Shown here: one piece after another, positions 1 through 9,895 of the stretch
How the letters are laid out: every line of letters begins with the position of its first letter
Position numbering within the stretch: the stretch's first letter is position 1
Assembly: GCA_022825085.1 (NCBI GenBank)
Contig: JAJDYQ010000056.1
Span: 1-44,313 of the forward strand
DNA: 44,313 bases
Reading direction: 5' to 3'
Origin: Gammaproteobacteria bacterium
Lineage (GTDB): Bacteria; Pseudomonadota; Gammaproteobacteria; JAJDYQ01
The notes under the pieces: generated by a model
What the model was told of the DNA's origin: nothing
Seen by the model: only the letters and a program-made list of their open reading frames with translations
Database searches by the model: none
Position numbers and translations under genes: made by a program

Positions 1-74
1 ATTTTGGCGGTCTGCCCTCTTCCCTGCTTCTGCCCTGTTGGTTTAGAATGGCATTTTTTACGGTCGGTTGTCTT

Positions 75-275
75 ATGAATATAGTCTTGAATGGTGAGTC
101 GCGCCGGCTTGATGACGGTTGTACCCTGCAGCGGCTGGCTGAGCAGCAGGGTTTGTGCCAACAGAGGTTCGCTGTTGAGGTCAATCTTTGTATCATTCCG
201 CGCAGCCGGCTGGCAACATATCGGTTGCATGAGGGCGATCGGGTGGAGATTGTTCGCGCCGTTGGCGGCGGCTGA
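75..275 (+). CDS. thiS: Sulfur carrier protein ThiS
   Basis: 66-aa MNIVLNGE...[10 protein letters not shown] with C-terminal GG; directly upstream of thiG. Start moved to the ATG at 75. Confidence 0.95.
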   Translation: MNIVLNGESRRLDDGCTLQRLAEQQGLCQQRFAVEVNLCIIPRSRLATYRLHEGDRVEIVRAVGGG

Positions 276-277
276 GC

Positions 278-1087
278 ATGGTTATGGAGGCTGGTGTTAT
301 GGGTACAGATTCGTTCAAGGTCGGGGAGCGTGTGTTTTCGTCTCGCCTATTGGTCGGTACCGGCAAGTATCGGGATTTAACGGAGACCCGGCTGGCTGTC
401 GAGGCGAGCGGTGCCGAGGTTGTTACTGTGGCAGTGCGCCGCAGTAATATCGGGCAGTCGGCGGATGAACCGAGTCTGCTGGATGTGATCCGACCGGATG
501 ACTATACCATTCTGCCTAATACTGCCGGCTGTTTTTCGACCGAGGAGGCGGTGCGTACCTGCCGTCTGGCGCGGGAGTTGCTCGACGGTCACGATCTGGT
601 CAAGCTGGAGGTGCTGGGCGATGAGAAAACTCTTTTCCCGGATGTTGCGGCCACCCTTGAGGCTGCGGAGTTGCTGGTGCGGGACGGCTTTCAGGTGATG
701 GTTTATACCAGTGATGATCCGATCATCGCCAGACATCTGGAGGAGTCGGGTTGTGTCGCGGTGATGCCGCTGGCCGCTCCTATCGGGTCCGGACTCGGTA
801 TCCGCAATCCCTATAATCTGCTTGAGATTATCGATAACGCAGGGGTGCCGGTTATCGTTGATGCCGGCGTCGGTACGGCTTCCGATGCGGCGGTTGCCAT
901 GGAGCTGGGTTGCGACGCTGTATTGATGAATACTGCTATCGCGGCCGCCAGTCATCCGGTGTTGATGGCTTCGGCCATGAAGAAAGGTGTCGAGGCGGGC
1001 CGTGAGGCGTTTCTGGCGGGTCGTATGCCACGTAAGCGTTACGCTTCTGCTTCTTCTCCTGTTGACGGTACGTTTTTTCAGGCATGA
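278..1087 (+). CDS. thiG: Thiazole synthase ThiG
   Basis: [35 protein letters not shown](S)ASSP motifs. True start may be the Met at 299. Confidence 0.97.
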   Translation: MVMEAGVMGTDSFKVGERVFSSRLLVGTGKYRDLTETRLAVEASGAEVVTVAVRRSNIGQSADEPSLLDVIRPDDYTILPNTAGCFSTEEAVRTCRLARELLDGHDLVKLEVLGDEKTLFPDVAATLEAAELLVRDGFQVMVYTSDDPIIARHLEESGCVAVMPLAAPIGSGLGIRNPYNLLEIIDNAGVPVIVDAGVGTASDAAVAMELGCDAVLMNTAIAAASHPVLMASAMKKGVEAGREAFLAGRMPRKRYASASSPVDGTFFQA

Positions 1088-1791
1088 CTTCGTCCCTGTC
1101 GGGGGTTACTGGCAGTGGTCATCGGGCCGGTTGTCGGTCTGTTCGGAGTTTTGTGCGCCGTGATGGCCGGTTGACTGTTGCCCAACGGCGTGCGCTGGAT
1201 GAGTTGTTGCCCCGGTATGCCATCGATCATTGTGCCGGTGTGCTGGATTTCGCCGGACTTTTTGGCAATTCTCATGCGGTTGTTGTCGAGATCGGGTTCG
1301 GCAGTGGCAGTCTGCTGGCCCGGCAGGCACGGCATCATGCCGAGGTCAATTTTATTGGTATCGAGGTTTATCGTCCGGGAGTCGGGCATTTGTTGCGGTT
1401 GCTGGATGAGCAGGATAGCCGCAATGTGAGAATTTTTTGTCTGGATGCCATGGATGTGCTGGAAAATCATATTCCACCTCGTTCACTTTTTGCGCTGTGG
1501 CTGTTTTTTCCCGATCCATGGCCCAAGAAAAGGCATCATAAGCGGCGTATCGTCAACCCGGAATTTGTTGAGCGGGTGGCCGGGCTGTTGTTGCCGGACG
1601 GGGTGTTGCATATCGCTACGGACTGGTCGGATTATGCCCGACATATTGAGGCGGTGGTTGCGGCTGATGGCAGGTTTGCAATAGCCAATGACCGGACGGG
1701 GTATCCGTTTGTCCGTCCACAGACCCGCTTTGAGCAACGAGGGTTACGCAGAGGTTATGCTATCCATGATTTGCTTTATCGCCTGTCGTAG
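1084..1791 (+). CDS. trmB: tRNA (guanine-N7)-methyltransferase TrmB
   Basis: [35 protein letters not shown] motifs; conserved thiS-thiG-trmB order; 4-nt overlap with thiG. Confidence 0.96.
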   Translation: MTSSLSGVTGSGHRAGCRSVRSFVRRDGRLTVAQRRALDELLPRYAIDHCAGVLDFAGLFGNSHAVVVEIGFGSGSLLARQARHHAEVNFIGIEVYRPGVGHLLRLLDEQDSRNVRIFCLDAMDVLENHIPPRSLFALWLFFPDPWPKKRHHKRRIVNPEFVERVAGLLLPDGVLHIATDWSDYARHIEAVVAADGRFAIANDRTGYPFVRPQTRFEQRGLRRGYAIHDLLYRLS

Positions 1792-1906
1792 ATTGACGAC
1801 TTGCCGGCGCTGGCAACGGGCGGGGGTATGGCGGACCGACCACTATTGGTTTGGTCGCCTGCTTTCAGGCACTTTATGATCTGCACTGGTTTAATCGGGA
1901 GCTTTT

Positions 1907-3031
1907 ATGTCTAATATCGTTATTGCCGGTTCCGGGTTCGCCGCCTGTACGGCTGTCCGTGCGCTGAGAAAAAACGGCTTCCGTGACTATATTACGCTGG
2001 TCTCACCCAGGGCCGAGTTGTTTTATTATCCCAGCCTTATCCGGGTCGCCGATGGCGGTCGCAAGGAATCCGATCTGCGGGTTTGTCTGGATGGCTTTTT
2101 CAGGCGACATGGCGTCAATCATGTGGCGGCTTCCGTTACCGGGCTGGATAGTCATAACAGGGCCCTGGATACCAGCCGGGGCAAGCTGGAATACGATTAT
2201 CTGCTTATCGCCAGTGGCGGGCGCTATATCAGAAAGTTACCCGGCCTGGAGCTTGCCCATATCGCCTGCGCAGGCTGGCAGGAGACGAATAGCTGGGCAC
2301 AAAAATTAAATTCCATGTCGTCCGGCAGTCTTGCCTTTGGCTTTGCCGGTAATCCGAATGAGCCTTCTGCCATGCGCGGCGGTCCTGTCTTCGAGTTTTT
2401 GTTCGGCACGGATACGTTGTTGAGGCGGCAGGGTCGGCGCAACAGGTTTGAGCTGCATTTTTTCTCTCCCGCCAAAAAGCCAGGGGCCAGAATGGGAGAT
2501 AAGGCCGTCGAGCGCATACTGGGTGAAATGCAGCGCCGCCATATCACGATTCATGCAGGCCATAAAATGAAGCGGTTCGAGGCCGGCAGGGTTGTTACCG
2601 ACGGCGAGGAGTTTGCCGGTGATCTGATATTGTTTGTGCCGGGTATGACTGGCCCGGACTGGGCATCGAATAGCGGGCTGGCTTTGTCGGCAGGTGGCTT
2701 TTTTCAGGCTACGGAGCATTGCAGGGTGACCGGCAGCGAGCGTGTGTATGTCGCTGGCGATGCCGGGAGTTTCCCCGGTCCGGACTGGAAACCGAAGCAG
2801 GCACATATGGCTGATTTGCAGGCTGAGACTGCCGCTAAAAATATATTGAATCAGATTGCCGGCCGTGAAGATGATCATACGTTCAAAACCGAGTTGATTT
2901 GTATTATTGATACGCTGGATACCGGCACTATGGTGTACCGGGATTGTCAGCGTATGTTTCAGATTAAGGCCAGACCATTTCACTGGGCCAAGTCCTGGTT
3001 TGAGTGGCGTTATCTGCGCCCCTATCGGTAG
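1907..3031 (+). CDS. sqrF: Sulfide:quinone oxidoreductase, type VI (SqrF-like)
   Basis: 374 aa; N-terminal GxGxA FAD fold; GNPNEPSAMRGGPVFEF; AGD..PKQAHMA. Cys at 121, 272 and 332 (counted), and no Cys in the 150-165 loop, as I recall for type VI SQRs. Confidence 0.8.
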   Translation: MSNIVIAGSGFAACTAVRALRKNGFRDYITLVSPRAELFYYPSLIRVADGGRKESDLRVCLDGFFRRHGVNHVAASVTGLDSHNRALDTSRGKLEYDYLLIASGGRYIRKLPGLELAHIACAGWQETNSWAQKLNSMSSGSLAFGFAGNPNEPSAMRGGPVFEFLFGTDTLLRRQGRRNRFELHFFSPAKKPGARMGDKAVERILGEMQRRHITIHAGHKMKRFEAGRVVTDGEEFAGDLILFVPGMTGPDWASNSGLALSAGGFFQATEHCRVTGSERVYVAGDAGSFPGPDWKPKQAHMADLQAETAAKNILNQIAGREDDHTFKTELICIIDTLDTGTMVYRDCQRMFQIKARPFHWAKSWFEWRYLRPYR

Positions 3032-3202
3032 CTGTCTCTGTGGCATCAGTGGCTGACTCTTGCCGCTGTCAGGTTGATGTGGGTAAAGTTGTTTGTGCGC
3101 CTTTGATTGGTTTTTTTATTATAATATGTGAGGTTTTTTAGATGAGTCGCTTTTAATACGGTGCTCTTCTATATCTTTCGACATGTATCTGGAGATTCTA
3201 AA

Positions 3203-3523
3203 ATGAAAGTCGTTTATTTTGCAGTTGTCGCCGCAGCCATGACCGCTGCCACCTGCCCCGCCATGGCCGCCGATGCGGATGCCGGTCAGGCTGCCTTTAA
3301 TGCCAAGGGCTGTGTCGGTTGCCACGGTGTCGCCGGCAGCAGTCCGATTCCGGCTAATCCTCCCAATCCGGCTCTGAACGGCAAGGGCGCTGACTATATC
3401 AAGCAGGCTTTGACGGATTACAAGTCCGGCGCAAAGCAGAATGCCACCATGAATGCCATGGCAGGCCTGTTGAGCGACGAGGATATTGATAACGTTGCAG
3501 CCTATCTGGGTGCCCAGGAGTAG
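3203..3523 (+). CDS. Periplasmic monoheme c-type cytochrome (c553/c554-like)
   Basis: Signal peptide MKVVYFAVVAAA...AMA; CVGCH heme motif; distal Met (TMNAMA); GGAG RBS at 3191; start ATG at 3203. Confidence 0.9.
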   Translation: MKVVYFAVVAAAMTAATCPAMAADADAGQAAFNAKGCVGCHGVAGSSPIPANPPNPALNGKGADYIKQALTDYKSGAKQNATMNAMAGLLSDEDIDNVAAYLGAQE

Positions 3524-3563
3524 GAATATCGGTAACCATGCTGCTCTGCGGCAGGTTGAGAAG

Positions 3564-3593
3564 AGCCGGCAGGGGTTTTCTGCCGGCTTTTTT
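3564..3593 (+). terminator. Rho-independent terminator after the cytochrome c gene
   Basis: AGCCGGCAG-ggggttt-CTGCCGGCT stem followed by a T run; lies between convergent genes. Confidence 0.8.
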
Positions 3594-3660
3594 ATTGCCA
3601 GCCCTGATAACGGATCAGTTCGGGAGACAAGGCAGGGGTGGCATCATTCCAGAAACGCCG

Positions 3661-3921
3661 CTAAAACTTTTTCTTGGAGGCAAAGTGACCACGTTCACCG
3701 GAATCCTGGTCCACTATCCTGTCTGTTTCTATGGCCAGTTCTATCGCCATGTCAATCGCCTTTCTCAGGGCACTCTTCTGGTTTTTTTCGGTTACTTTTC
3801 CGGTACCTACCATCTGGGCGAATATCTGCGTCGCGGACTGGTAGATGACGGTGGGGATTACCAGATCGCTGCGTGCAACCCTGATTCTCGTCATTTCAGA
3901 CATATTACGCATGTCAGCCAT
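3661..3921 (-). CDS. Small hypothetical protein (86 aa)
   Basis: AGGAG RBS before the ATG; helical, protein-like sequence; same strand as and downstream of the GMC gene. Confidence 0.6.
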   Translation of the reverse strand: MADMRNMSEMTRIRVARSDLVIPTVIYQSATQIFAQMVGTGKVTEKNQKSALRKAIDMAIELAIETDRIVDQDSGERGHFASKKKF

Positions 3922-4025
3922 TATGTTCTCCTGCTTTGCTCGATACGGTAGTGATTACAACGTCACTATTTTATCATTGCTCCGGTTATTGCATAGAGAT
4001 ATTTGCCATTCTTTGCCGAGGCAGC

Positions 4026-5627
4026 CTAACGGTTGTCCGCTTTAATCATATCGCTGGCCTTTTCTGCAATCATAATGGTCGGGGCATTGGTGTTGCCCGA
4101 TGTGATCTGCGGCATAATGGAGGCGTCTGCAATACGCAGGTTTTTTATTCCGTAGGCCCTGAGTCTTTCATCTACTACGCTTGTACCATCATCTGTTCCC
4201 ATTTTACAGGTACCAACAGGATGGTAGATGGTCTGGCTGTAGTTTTTTGCCGCTTCCAGCAGTTCGTCATCGCTCTGGTAGTCTCTGCCCGGAATGTATT
4301 CTTCTGTAATCACTTCTTTCAACGGTGAGCTGTTGGCAATTTTACGCGCCACTTTTATGGCACCAATGGCGGTCTTTCTGTCTTTTTCCGTAGCAAGGTA
4401 GTTGGGAATTATGTCCGGCTTTTCCAGATAGTCGTTGCTTTTTATGGCAATGCTGCCTCTACTCTCCGGACGCAGGATGCACACCGAGGAGGTGAAGGCT
4501 GAAAATGGATGTACTCCATCTCCCGGTTTGTCGGCACTCAGGGGTTGCATGTGAAATTGAATGTCAGGGCGTGAACCGTCCAGTCCGGTATTGGTAAAGG
4601 CGTAAACCTGACTGGCACTCAGGGTAAGCGGACCCGTTCTGAATAATATGTACTGCATACCTACCAGGGTCCTTTTCCACCAGCGATTCAGCTCGTCGTT
4701 CAGTGTGTTTTCTCTGGTTTTATAGACCAGCCGAATTTGCAGGTGGTCCTGCAGATTTTGCCCAACCGCCGGATTGTCGTACTCTGGCTTGATATTGTGT
4801 GCGACAAGTAATTTTTCATCTCCAATACCCGATAGCTGTAATAACTTTGGCGAGTTGATCGCACCGGCACTCAGTATTGTTTCCAGAGCTGCATGGACTT
4901 CTTGCTCTCTGCCATTCTGTATGTATTGTACGCCAATCGCTTTTTTGTCCTTGATTATAATTTTTCTGACGTTTGCCCCACAAATAATGGTGAGATTTTT
5001 TCGGTGCTTGACGGGGTGTAAAAATGCCTTCGCGCTGCTGTAGCGGAAGCCTTTGTAGGCAGTCTGCTGGAAATAGCCTACTCCCTGCTGTTGTCTGCCA
5101 TTGCAGTCATTGTTCAGCGGTATGCCGGCAGCAACGCTGGCCTTGATGAATTTGTCGGCGATGGGCCGCCTCAGGCGCAGCTTCGAGACTCGCAGTTCTC
5201 CGCTATCACCGTGATATTCGCTTTTACCTTCTTCATTGTTTTCTGATTTTATAAAATACGGCAGAATGTCGTTATAACTCCAGCCTTTGTTGCCCAGCGC
5301 TTCCCAGTTGTCGTAGTCGTGTTTGTCACCGCGAATGTACAACAGGCCGTTGAGTGAGCTGGACCCCCCCAGAACCCTGCCTCTTGGCCATTCGATAGAT
5401 CGGTTGTTGATACCTTTGTCTTTATTGGTTTTGTACATCCAGTCGAACTGTGGATTGTGCATGGTTTTGAAGTAACCTACCGGTATGTGTATCCAGGGGC
5501 TGTTGTCTCTGCCTCCTGCCTCCAGTATCAGCACTTTTTTGCTGTTGTCTTCCGAAAGTCTGTTGGCCAGTACGCATCCGGCCGAACCGGCACCAATAAT
5601 AATGTAGTCGTAATGGTTGCTGCCCAT
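4026..5627 (-). CDS. GMC-family FAD oxidoreductase (choline dehydrogenase / isethionate dehydrogenase IseJ-like)
   Basis: DYIIIGAGSAGCVLANRLSE, PRGRVLGGSSSLNG, VGQNLQDH, YHPVGTCKMG, GNTNAPTIMIAEK. Confidence 0.92.
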   Translation of the reverse strand: MGSNHYDYIIIGAGSAGCVLANRLSEDNSKKVLILEAGGRDNSPWIHIPVGYFKTMHNPQFDWMYKTNKDKGINNRSIEWPRGRVLGGSSSLNGLLYIRGDKHDYDNWEALGNKGWSYNDILPYFIKSENNEEGKSEYHGDSGELRVSKLRLRRPIADKFIKASVAAGIPLNNDCNGRQQQGVGYFQQTAYKGFRYSSAKAFLHPVKHRKNLTIICGANVRKIIIKDKKAIGVQYIQNGREQEVHAALETILSAGAINSPKLLQLSGIGDEKLLVAHNIKPEYDNPAVGQNLQDHLQIRLVYKTRENTLNDELNRWWKRTLVGMQYILFRTGPLTLSASQVYAFTNTGLDGSRPDIQFHMQPLSADKPGDGVHPFSAFTSSVCILRPESRGSIAIKSNDYLEKPDIIPNYLATEKDRKTAIGAIKVARKIANSSPLKEVITEEYIPGRDYQSDDELLEAAKNYSQTIYHPVGTCKMGTDDGTSVVDERLRAYGIKNLRIADASIMPQITSGNTNAPTIMIAEKASDMIKADNR

Positions 5628-5633
5628 GCCGGC

Positions 5634-6860
5634 CTAAAATCTGTCGTAGTCAATCGCGCCACGGTCCAGGCGTTTGAATGATGAGGTCATGGGGTATTTC
5701 AAGCCGGTAGCGCAGTTATACAGGACGGCGGTGTCACTTTTGTCAATCCAGCCCTCTTCAAGCGCCGTTTTGCAGGCTACCGCTGTTGCCGCTCCTTCCG
5801 GGCATAAAAGCAGGCCGTCTTTGTCGGCAATGTCGTCTCGCATTTTCATAATGTCGTCATCGCTGACGGATACCGCAAAACCACCCGATTCATTGACAGC
5901 CTGTAAAATTAAAAAATCTCCAATGGCAACAGGCACGCGAATGCCGGCAGCAACCGTTTGGGCATTCTCCCAGGGAACCGCTGTGGTCTGTTTGTTTTCC
6001 CAGGCCCTGACGATGGGAGCACAGGTCTGCGCCTGTACGACAACCATTCTTGGCAGTTTACCGCTTATCCAGCCCATGGCTTTCAGCTCGTTAAATGCCT
6101 TCCACATGCCTATCATTCCGGTACCGCCACCAGTCGGATAGAAAATAACGTCCGGCAGTTGCCAGCCCATTTGTTCGGCAAGTTCCATACCCATCGTTTT
6201 CTTGCCTTCAATGCGGTATGGTTCTTTCAATGTCGATACGTCGAACCAGCCTACAGCTTCTTTGCCCTCGCCTACTATCCTGCCACAGTCATTTATCAAT
6301 CCATCTATCAGATAAACATCGCCACCCTGTTGCTTGATTTCTGCAACGTTTATTGTCGGTGTATCATCCGGACAGAATACCGTTGTCTTTATGCCGGCAT
6401 GGGTCGCATAGGCCGCCATGGCCGCACCCGCATTGCCATTGGTCGGTATGGCCAGATGCTTAATGCCAAGCTCTTTGGCCATGGATACCGCCAGACATAA
6501 ACCTCTGGCCTTAAATGAGCCGGTGGGCAGCCGGCCTTCGTCTTTGACGATTATCTTGCCACTGGATGATCCCAGAACTTCACTGGATCGGTTCAGGGGA
6601 ATAAGGGGGGTAATAACTTCTCCCAGTGAAATCTGATTTTCGCTTTTTGTGACTGGCAAAAAGTTTTCATATCGCCAGAATCCGTTTTTACTGCTGGCTT
6701 TGATTGTCTGTTTGCTGACATGCTCTGCCAATGCCTCCAGGTCATATTTGACCAGCAGGGGCTTGCCCGCCTCGGACAAGGTTTGAATTGTATCTTTCTC
6801 GTATTTTTTGCCGGTCAACGAGCATTCCAGATGGGTAACGAAGGTGTTTATTTGTGACAT
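5634..6860 (-). CDS. Threonine-synthase-like PLP enzyme (fold type II), function unknown
   Basis: DEGRLPTGSFKARG (PLP lysine), PTNGNAG, EGKKTMG, PTGGGTG, NCATGLKY. Sits in the sulfonate cluster, not with thrA/thrB. Confidence 0.85.
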   Translation of the reverse strand: MSQINTFVTHLECSLTGKKYEKDTIQTLSEAGKPLLVKYDLEALAEHVSKQTIKASSKNGFWRYENFLPVTKSENQISLGEVITPLIPLNRSSEVLGSSSGKIIVKDEGRLPTGSFKARGLCLAVSMAKELGIKHLAIPTNGNAGAAMAAYATHAGIKTTVFCPDDTPTINVAEIKQQGGDVYLIDGLINDCGRIVGEGKEAVGWFDVSTLKEPYRIEGKKTMGMELAEQMGWQLPDVIFYPTGGGTGMIGMWKAFNELKAMGWISGKLPRMVVVQAQTCAPIVRAWENKQTTAVPWENAQTVAAGIRVPVAIGDFLILQAVNESGGFAVSVSDDDIMKMRDDIADKDGLLLCPEGAATAVACKTALEEGWIDKSDTAVLYNCATGLKYPMTSSFKRLDRGAIDYDRF

Positions 6861-6873
6861 TTATGGTTCCTTG

Positions 6874-8190
6874 TCAGTCGTACAGTACCCCTGGCAGCCA
6901 AAGCGCCAGTTGGGGAAAAATAATAATCAGTAACAGTCCCAGCAGTTGGATCCCTATAAACTGGAACATGCCCTTGTAGATGTCTTTCAGATCCCATTCG
7001 GGGACGACCCCTTTCAAGAAATAGGCCGACAGGGCAACAGGGGGCGAAAGCCAGGCAGTTTGCAAATTAACGGCAACCAGAATGGCAAACCAGGTCAGGT
7101 TAAATCCCAGTTGTTCGACCAGAGGCAGCAGAATGGGAATAATAATGAGGACTATGGGTACCCACTCCAGTGGCCAGGCCAGCAAAAAAATCAGCACCAT
7201 GATGATGGCCAGAATAATGTATGGCGACAGTTCAAGGGTCAGCAGAAATTCGGTCATCATTATCGGGGTGCCGAGTCGCGAAAAGACAGCACCGAAAAAG
7301 TTGGATGCCGCCACCAGAACCATAATCAGCACGGTAATTTCCAGGGTTTTCATCAGGGCATCCTGAAAAACTCCAAAGGTCAGCCGTCTGTATATCAGGG
7401 TGAGGAAAATGGCACCGATAACCCCTATCGCTGCCCCTTCTGTCGGTGTTGCCAAACCAAATAAAATACTGCCCAGTGCCGCAGCAACCAGAACAGCAGG
7501 AGGCAGCAGGCCTCTGGCAAATTCAAGCCAGACTGTGCCCATGGAGGCACTGCGCAGATGTTCGGGAAGTTTGGGGCCCAGACTCGGATTGATGTAACAG
7601 CGAATCAGTGTGTAGGCCATGTACATGGTAGCCAGCATCAGCCCCGGTATGATGGCGGCCGCAAACAGTTCAGTAACCGGCACTTCCAGTATGGGTCCCA
7701 TCACGACCAGCATGATACTGGGCGGGATCAGTATGCCAAGGGTTCCTCCTGCGGTAATTGCTCCGGCTGCCATGCGTACATCGTATTGGGAACGCTGCAT
7801 GATTTTGCCGGACATAATACCCAGAATAGTCACGGATGCGCCAACAATCCCGGTTGCTGCCCCAAAGATGGTCGATACCACCAGTACCGCAATGAACAGG
7901 GCACCATTTACTCTGGACAGCAGCAGTTGTATTGACTGGAAAAGCCTTTCCATCAGATCCGCTTTTTCCATCAAAATACCCATAAATACAAAAAGCGGTA
8001 TGGCAGCCAGAGTCTGTTCCAGCATGATGTCGGCAAACTGGAAGGTGATCAGATAAAAAACCAGATCACCAAAGCCCAGCAGGCCAAATACCAGACCCAG
8101 AAATATCAGCGTAAACGAGATGGGGAAGCCAATAAATATGGCTATCAGCATCACCGCGATTAAAACAAAACCCAGTGCCTCCGGGCTCAC
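6874..8190 (-). CDS. dctM: TRAP transporter large permease (DctM)
   Basis: Polytopic membrane protein with GGTLGILIPPS, TPTEGAA, LQTAWLSPP. GTG start at 8190 overlaps the upstream stop (TAGTG). Confidence 0.92.
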   Translation of the reverse strand: MSPEALGFVLIAVMLIAIFIGFPISFTLIFLGLVFGLLGFGDLVFYLITFQFADIMLEQTLAAIPLFVFMGILMEKADLMERLFQSIQLLLSRVNGALFIAVLVVSTIFGAATGIVGASVTILGIMSGKIMQRSQYDVRMAAGAITAGGTLGILIPPSIMLVVMGPILEVPVTELFAAAIIPGLMLATMYMAYTLIRCYINPSLGPKLPEHLRSASMGTVWLEFARGLLPPAVLVAAALGSILFGLATPTEGAAIGVIGAIFLTLIYRRLTFGVFQDALMKTLEITVLIMVLVAASNFFGAVFSRLGTPIMMTEFLLTLELSPYIILAIIMVLIFLLAWPLEWVPIVLIIIPILLPLVEQLGFNLTWFAILVAVNLQTAWLSPPVALSAYFLKGVVPEWDLKDIYKGMFQFIGIQLLGLLLIIIFPQLALWLPGVLYD

Positions 8191-8795
8191 TATGGCCACC
8201 TGTTATGTTTGATCGTGTAGGCACATTTCAGAAGCTCGGAGATGCCCTGGATAACAAGCAGTACAATACCGACAGGCAGCACTGATTTAATGGGACCCAT
8301 GTGCGGCATCCACGCGGTATCCATGCCAAGTTCTCCTCGAATCCAGGCGGTAAAGGCATAGTCCGAGGCTGCAATTAAAAACAGAAACATGCCCGGAAAG
8401 AAAAAGACGATATATAAAAAGGCATCCACTTTTGCCTGAGTGGATGCCTGCCAGTTTCTGTAAATGAAATCGGCACGAATATGTACTCCTTTCAACAACC
8501 CGTAAGCCGCCCCCAACATAAACAGGGCACCACTGAACATGCGGCTGACATCGTAGGCCCAGAGTGTCGGCGCATTGAGAAAGTGGCGCATGAATACTTC
8601 ATAGCCCATAGCCAGAAATATCGGTACCACAAGCCAGCATATTGCAATGGCGAGGCGGTGATTAAACCTGTCAATCCGTCCAATCACCGCCGCCATCCAG
8701 GGCGCCATATCATCCGGCAGATTGCCAATACCACGGGATTCGGCAATCAGCTCATCGGTAATGTCAAGCTCGGCACCCTTATCTGAAGCAGGCAT
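8190..8795 (-). CDS. dctQ: TRAP transporter small permease (DctQ)
   Basis: Four TM segments; YEVFMRHFLNAPTLWAYD and HIRAD motifs; between DctP and DctM. Confidence 0.92.
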   Translation of the reverse strand: MPASDKGAELDITDELIAESRGIGNLPDDMAPWMAAVIGRIDRFNHRLAIAICWLVVPIFLAMGYEVFMRHFLNAPTLWAYDVSRMFSGALFMLGAAYGLLKGVHIRADFIYRNWQASTQAKVDAFLYIVFFFPGMFLFLIAASDYAFTAWIRGELGMDTAWMPHMGPIKSVLPVGIVLLVIQGISELLKCAYTIKHNRWP

Positions 8796-8803
8796 CAGGT
8801 TGG

Positions 8804-9895
8804 CTACTTTAGCTGGTCTGCAAACGCCTTACCCAGCTTTGCATTGGAGGTCTGTGCGCCTGACCAGAAAGGAACTACCGTTTTGGCGAACTCCTTTTGA
8901 GAGTCCCAGACACGCTTGAAGAAAGCATTCTCTTCTGCATTTTTATCGAGAATGTTTTTGGCCGCATCCATATAGGCAGGAAAGTAGTCGGCAGGGGTGT
9001 CATGCAGAATGACTCCATGATTTTCTGTCAGGTCCCTCAGCGCCTTGCCATTTTCGTGAATCCTGTAGGCAACAGCACGCATAAGCGAGGCATCGGCAGC
9101 AACTTCAATGGCGCGCTTTTGTTTGTCAGTCAGCTTACGCCAGACATCACCATTGATATATAAGTCCGCATTCACCACAACCTGATGCAAACCCTGCAGG
9201 TAGTAGTGTTTCAGTACCTTTTGAAAGCCAAATACACTGTCCGGCTTGGGGCAGCACCATTCCGCTGCATCGATGGTGCCTTTTTCCAGCGCGGGCAGGA
9301 TGTCACCTCCACCCATGGCTACTGCGGCAACGCCTATGTCGTTGTAGGTCTGACCCGGTATGCCCGGCGGTGTCCTGAAACGATATTTACGGAAGTCATC
9401 CATGCTTTTTATGGGTTCCTTGAACCAACCCAGCGCCTCAGGGCCCACAGGCTGGAGCATAAGGCCCTTGACATCAAGGCCCATTTCATCCCATAACTGG
9501 TCATACAATTCCTTGCCACCACCGTTCAGATACCATGACATAAAGGCAAAGTTATCCAGCCCAACACCTGCACCTGCCACCGGTGAACCAAACAGCATGG
9601 CCGCCGGGTGATATCCGGACCAGTAGTGCGTCCACGCAAAACCGGCACCAATAAGGCCCTTGTCAACAGCCTCGATGACCTGCTTGTTACCGACAACAGC
9701 ATTAGCCGGCAAGACAGTGAATGTCACTTCTCCATCGGTCAGGTCACTCACATTTTTGGCAAAATCCTTGAGCATGACAATCTCGTCTGCCTTCGATGGA
9801 ATGACCGATTGAACTTTAATATCGACCGCTGAATAGGCGAGATTACCCGCCAGCAACAAGGCCGCTGAACTGACTAAAAGCAATATCCTTTTCAT
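8804..9895 (-). CDS. dctP: TRAP substrate-binding protein (DctP/TakP-type), probably sulfonate-binding
   Basis: Signal peptide; FRTPPG; ILPALEKGTIDAAEW; GGAGGA RBS. The substrate is inferred from neighbouring genes only. Confidence 0.9.
   Translation of the reverse strand: MKRILLLVSSAALLLAGNLAYSAVDIKVQSVIPSKADEIVMLKDFAKNVSDLTDGEVTFTVLPANAVVGNKQVIEAVDKGLIGAGFAWTHYWSGYHPAAMLFGSPVAGAGVGLDNFAFMSWYLNGGGKELYDQLWDEMGLDVKGLMLQPVGPEALGWFKEPIKSMDDFRKYRFRTPPGIPGQTYNDIGVAAVAMGGGDILPALEKGTIDAAEWCCPKPDSVFGFQKVLKHYYLQGLHQVVVNADLYINGDVWRKLTDKQKRAIEVAADASLMRAVAYRIHENGKALRDLTENHGVILHDTPADYFPAYMDAAKNILDKNAEENAFFKRVWDSQKEFAKTVVPFWSGAQTSNAKLGKAFADQLK

Noticed and set aside
1-74. TPP riboswitch upstream of thiS
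   Set aside because: No CTGAGA or other THI-box core is visible in the 74 nt available.
1826-1860. Imperfect hairpin between trmB and sqrF
   Set aside because: Several mismatches and no U-tract; not supportable as a terminator.
3103-3125. TTGATT...TATAAT sigma70 promoter or FNR half-site upstream of the cytochrome c gene
   Set aside because: The spacing is only 11 nt and there is no ATCAA second half; only the -10 is plausible.
5634-6860. Calling this gene housekeeping thrC
   Set aside because: There is no hom/thrB context and it is embedded in a transporter operon; left as ThrC-like.
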